Assembly: GCA_038998585.1 (NCBI GenBank)
Contig: JAVZGQ010000002.1
Span: forward strand, 6,625-70,624
Length of the DNA stretch: 64,000 nt
Direction of reading: 5' to 3'
From: Candidatus Aenigmatarchaeota archaeon
Lineage (GTDB): Archaea > Aenigmatarchaeota > Aenigmatarchaeia > CG10238-14 > SCSR01
Below are positions 62,225 to 64,000 of this stretch, in pieces. The translations under genes were made by a program, and so were the position numbers. The notes beneath the pieces were generated by a model, which made no database searches, had not been told where the DNA came from, and was given only the letters and a program-made list of their open reading frames with translations. Position 1 is the stretch's first letter. Each line of letters opens with the position of its first letter.

Positions 62225-62992
62225 ATGAGTTTTGATATTATTGGCAACAGGGAAAAAGCTGTAGCAATTATCGAAATTAAAGAAGGAGAAGATGAGAAAA
62301 AAATAGTTGATGAAATAATAAGAAAGCATAAAAATATTAAGTCAGTCTTGAAAAAAATTTCTGGAAGAAGTGGTGAACTTAGGTTAAGAGAATACAAGCT
62401 CATAGCAGGTGAAGCGAATACTGAAGTTATTCATAGAGAATATGGTTACAATCTAAAACTTGATCCACAAAAAGTCTATTTTTCACCAAGAGAAGCCGAA
62501 GAGAGGCAAAGAATAGCTAGGCAAGTTATGCCTGGAGAAAAAGTTTTGGTGATGTTTTCTGGTATAGCTCCAATAGCTATAGCCATAGCAAAAAAACAGC
62601 CAGGAATTGAAAAGATTTTTTGTATAGAAAAAAATGTAGAAGCACATAAATATGCTGAAGAAAATGTGAGAAAGAACAAACTCTCACATAAAATTTTTTT
62701 AATTTGCGGAGATGTTGAAGAAGAAGCTAAAAAGATTGGAATTAAGTTTGATAGGATTGTTATGCCTCTACCCTTTAGTGCAAAAAATTTCCTTGGAGTT
62801 GCTTTTATGTGTTTGAAAAAAAATGGAATAATAAATTTCTATTCTGTCGGGGAAGATTATTCAAAAATTTTAAGCGAAGTGGAAACTGAGGCTAAAAGAT
62901 TTGAAAAAAATATAAAAATCCTAAACATAAAAAAAGTTTCGGCTTATGCACCAAGAAAATGGAAATTTTGTATAGACTTTCAAGTAGATTGA
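62225..62992 (+). CDS. trm5: tRNA (guanine37-N1)-methyltransferase Trm5-like (Met-10+ class I MTase)
   Basis: FDIIGN..AIIEI, MPGEKVLVMFSGIAPIAIAIAK, DRIVMPLP. ATG 62225, 8 nt after AAGGTGA, is preferred over GTG 62213. Confidence 0.7.
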   Translation: MSFDIIGNREKAVAIIEIKEGEDEKKIVDEIIRKHKNIKSVLKKISGRSGELRLREYKLIAGEANTEVIHREYGYNLKLDPQKVYFSPREAEERQRIARQVMPGEKVLVMFSGIAPIAIAIAKKQPGIEKIFCIEKNVEAHKYAEENVRKNKLSHKIFLICGDVEEEAKKIGIKFDRIVMPLPFSAKNFLGVAFMCLKKNGIINFYSVGEDYSKILSEVETEAKRFEKNIKILNIKKVSAYAPRKWKFCIDFQVD

Positions 62993-63139
62993 CAAACTGA
63001 AAAATACTCAAATTATAGTTTTGAACAATAATAATTTGATAAAGCTTTAAGCAAAGAATAAATTGTAAATGAAATTTTACAAAATTAAAATAAACAAAAA
63101 AAGTAGAGGCACAAAAATAACTTTTAGATAGTTGATCAA

Positions 63140-63238
63140 GCGGGAGTGTCCGAGTCAGGAAAAGGAGCAGGGTTCAGAACAAATCGTGATATGCCCTGTG
63201 GCTTAGTGCCTTCGTGGGTTCAAATCCCACCTCCCGCA
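63140..63238 (+). tRNA. tRNA-Leu (CAG) with ~14-nt intron in the anticodon loop
   Basis: GCGGGAG/CTCCCGC acceptor, class II D-arm TCC-GAGTCAGGAAAA-GGA, CAGGG/CCCTG anticodon stem, loop TTCAGA[63179-63192]G, long variable arm and GTGGG-TTCAAAT-CCCAC T-arm. Confidence 0.8.
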
Positions 63239-63541
63239 TCCTGTTCTATTGTAGTGTGCTGAAAAATGGGATTGAACAACTTTATACCAAAAACTTTAAA
63301 TATTTAATACAACTGAGTTATTTTAAGGTGTAGGAAATGGGCGATAGTCTTTGCCTCAATTGAAACTTTTTCTACTTTAAAGAATAAAATAGCTCCAAAC
63401 AAATTGAATGAATATTTCAAACAAATTGAAAAATTAAAGAAAAAAATTAAACCAAAGTTAGTTTTAAAAATATTTTTTAATTACATGAATGAAAATAGTT
63501 ATTCAAAAATTTTATATCTAGAAAAAAATTGAGGTGATTGG

Positions 63542-64000
63542 TTGAAGTTTGCGAATAATATTTTTGATTTGATAGGGAACACACCAATGATTAAAATAAA
63601 TAAGCTCACCGGAACAAACGATGCAACATTGTACGCAAAATTAGAGTGGTATAATATCGGTGGTTCACTTAAAGATAGGGCGGCTCTTTATATGATAGAA
63701 TACGCAGAAGCGGCGGGAAAGTTAAATAAAGAGAAGACGATTATTGAAGCAACATCTGGAAACACGGGAATTGCCCTTGCTATGATAGCAGCAGTTAAAG
63801 GATATAAGATCACAATTATTATGCCAGAATCGGTAAGTGTAGAAAGAAGGAAGATGATAAGAGCCTATGGAGCTGAGCTGATACTCTCGCCTGGAGAAAA
63901 AGGAACCGGTGGTGCGATTGAGCTTAAACAAAAATTACTAAAAGAAAATCCTGAAAAGTACATTGATCTAGATCAGTTCAAAGATCCGGCAAACATTTTG
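63542..64000 (+). CDS. PLP-dependent cysteine synthase/cystathionine beta-synthase family protein (5' part; runs off the window)
   Basis: Hand translation from TTG 63542 (GAGGTGA upstream): LIGNTPMIKINKL...KLEWYNIGGSLKDRAALYMI...IIEATSGNTGIALAMIAAVKGYKITIIMPE. No stop before 64000. Confidence 0.8.
   Translation, partial: MKFANNIFDLIGNTPMIKINKLTGTNDATLYAKLEWYNIGGSLKDRAALYMIEYAEAAGKLNKEKTIIEATSGNTGIALAMIAAVKGYKITIIMPESVSVERRKMIRAYGAELILSPGEKGTGGAIELKQKLLKENPEKYIDLDQFKDPANIL

Noticed and set aside
1-64000. I looked for CRISPR arrays, rRNA genes, IS elements or transposases, and reverse transcriptase or DGR components.
   Set aside because: Reading through the window I saw no regularly spaced direct repeats, no rRNA-like conserved blocks, no DDE or transposase-like ORFs, and no RT motifs (YxDD) in any long ORF.

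Overview
This window is an AT-rich archaeal chromosomal segment (roughly 30% G+C by eye, not computed) with very high coding density. Archaeal identity rests on topoisomerase VI A/B, aIF-1A, Alba, ribosomal protein S17e, Pth2, diphthine synthase, tRNA-splicing endonuclease, archaemetzincin, an archaeal-type SRP RNA, an MJ0822-type S-layer protein and a complete type III RuBisCO/AMP-salvage operon. The small genes and many orphan surface or membrane proteins resemble small-genome (DPANN-like) archaea, but lineage cannot be assigned from this sequence alone. I read 8 tRNA genes by hand. Seven are interrupted, and three carry insertions at non-canonical positions (between D-arm and anticodon stem, inside the anticodon stem, and next to the T-stem). 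Two of these insertions share a 9-mer. The EndA homolog in the window appears to lack the canonical catalytic Lys and has a Lys-rich loop insertion. Accessory structures: (1) a ~12.3 kb segment between the 3' end of a tRNA-Gly-like gene and a 12-bp duplicate of that end, next to a tyrosine integrase; it carries an MmeI-like type IIG R-M enzyme, a truncated second integrase, a frameshifted HAD gene, and a tightly coupled TrpRS-like/TrpD-like/dehydrogenase operon with a divergent kinase/TIM-barrel pair. (2) An ~8.7 kb type IV pilus-like operon with an ATPase, a platform protein and about 11 prepilin-like genes, several Cys-rich and two unannotated micro-ORFs. It is bracketed by paralogous membrane proteins that share an LPF...KSKI(L/F)G motif. 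(3) A 92-aa Cys-rich membrane or secreted protein translationally coupled inside the cytosolic AMP/RuBisCO operon. No CRISPR array, rRNA or transposase was seen. All calls come from reading the sequence and recalled family motifs; no searches were run.
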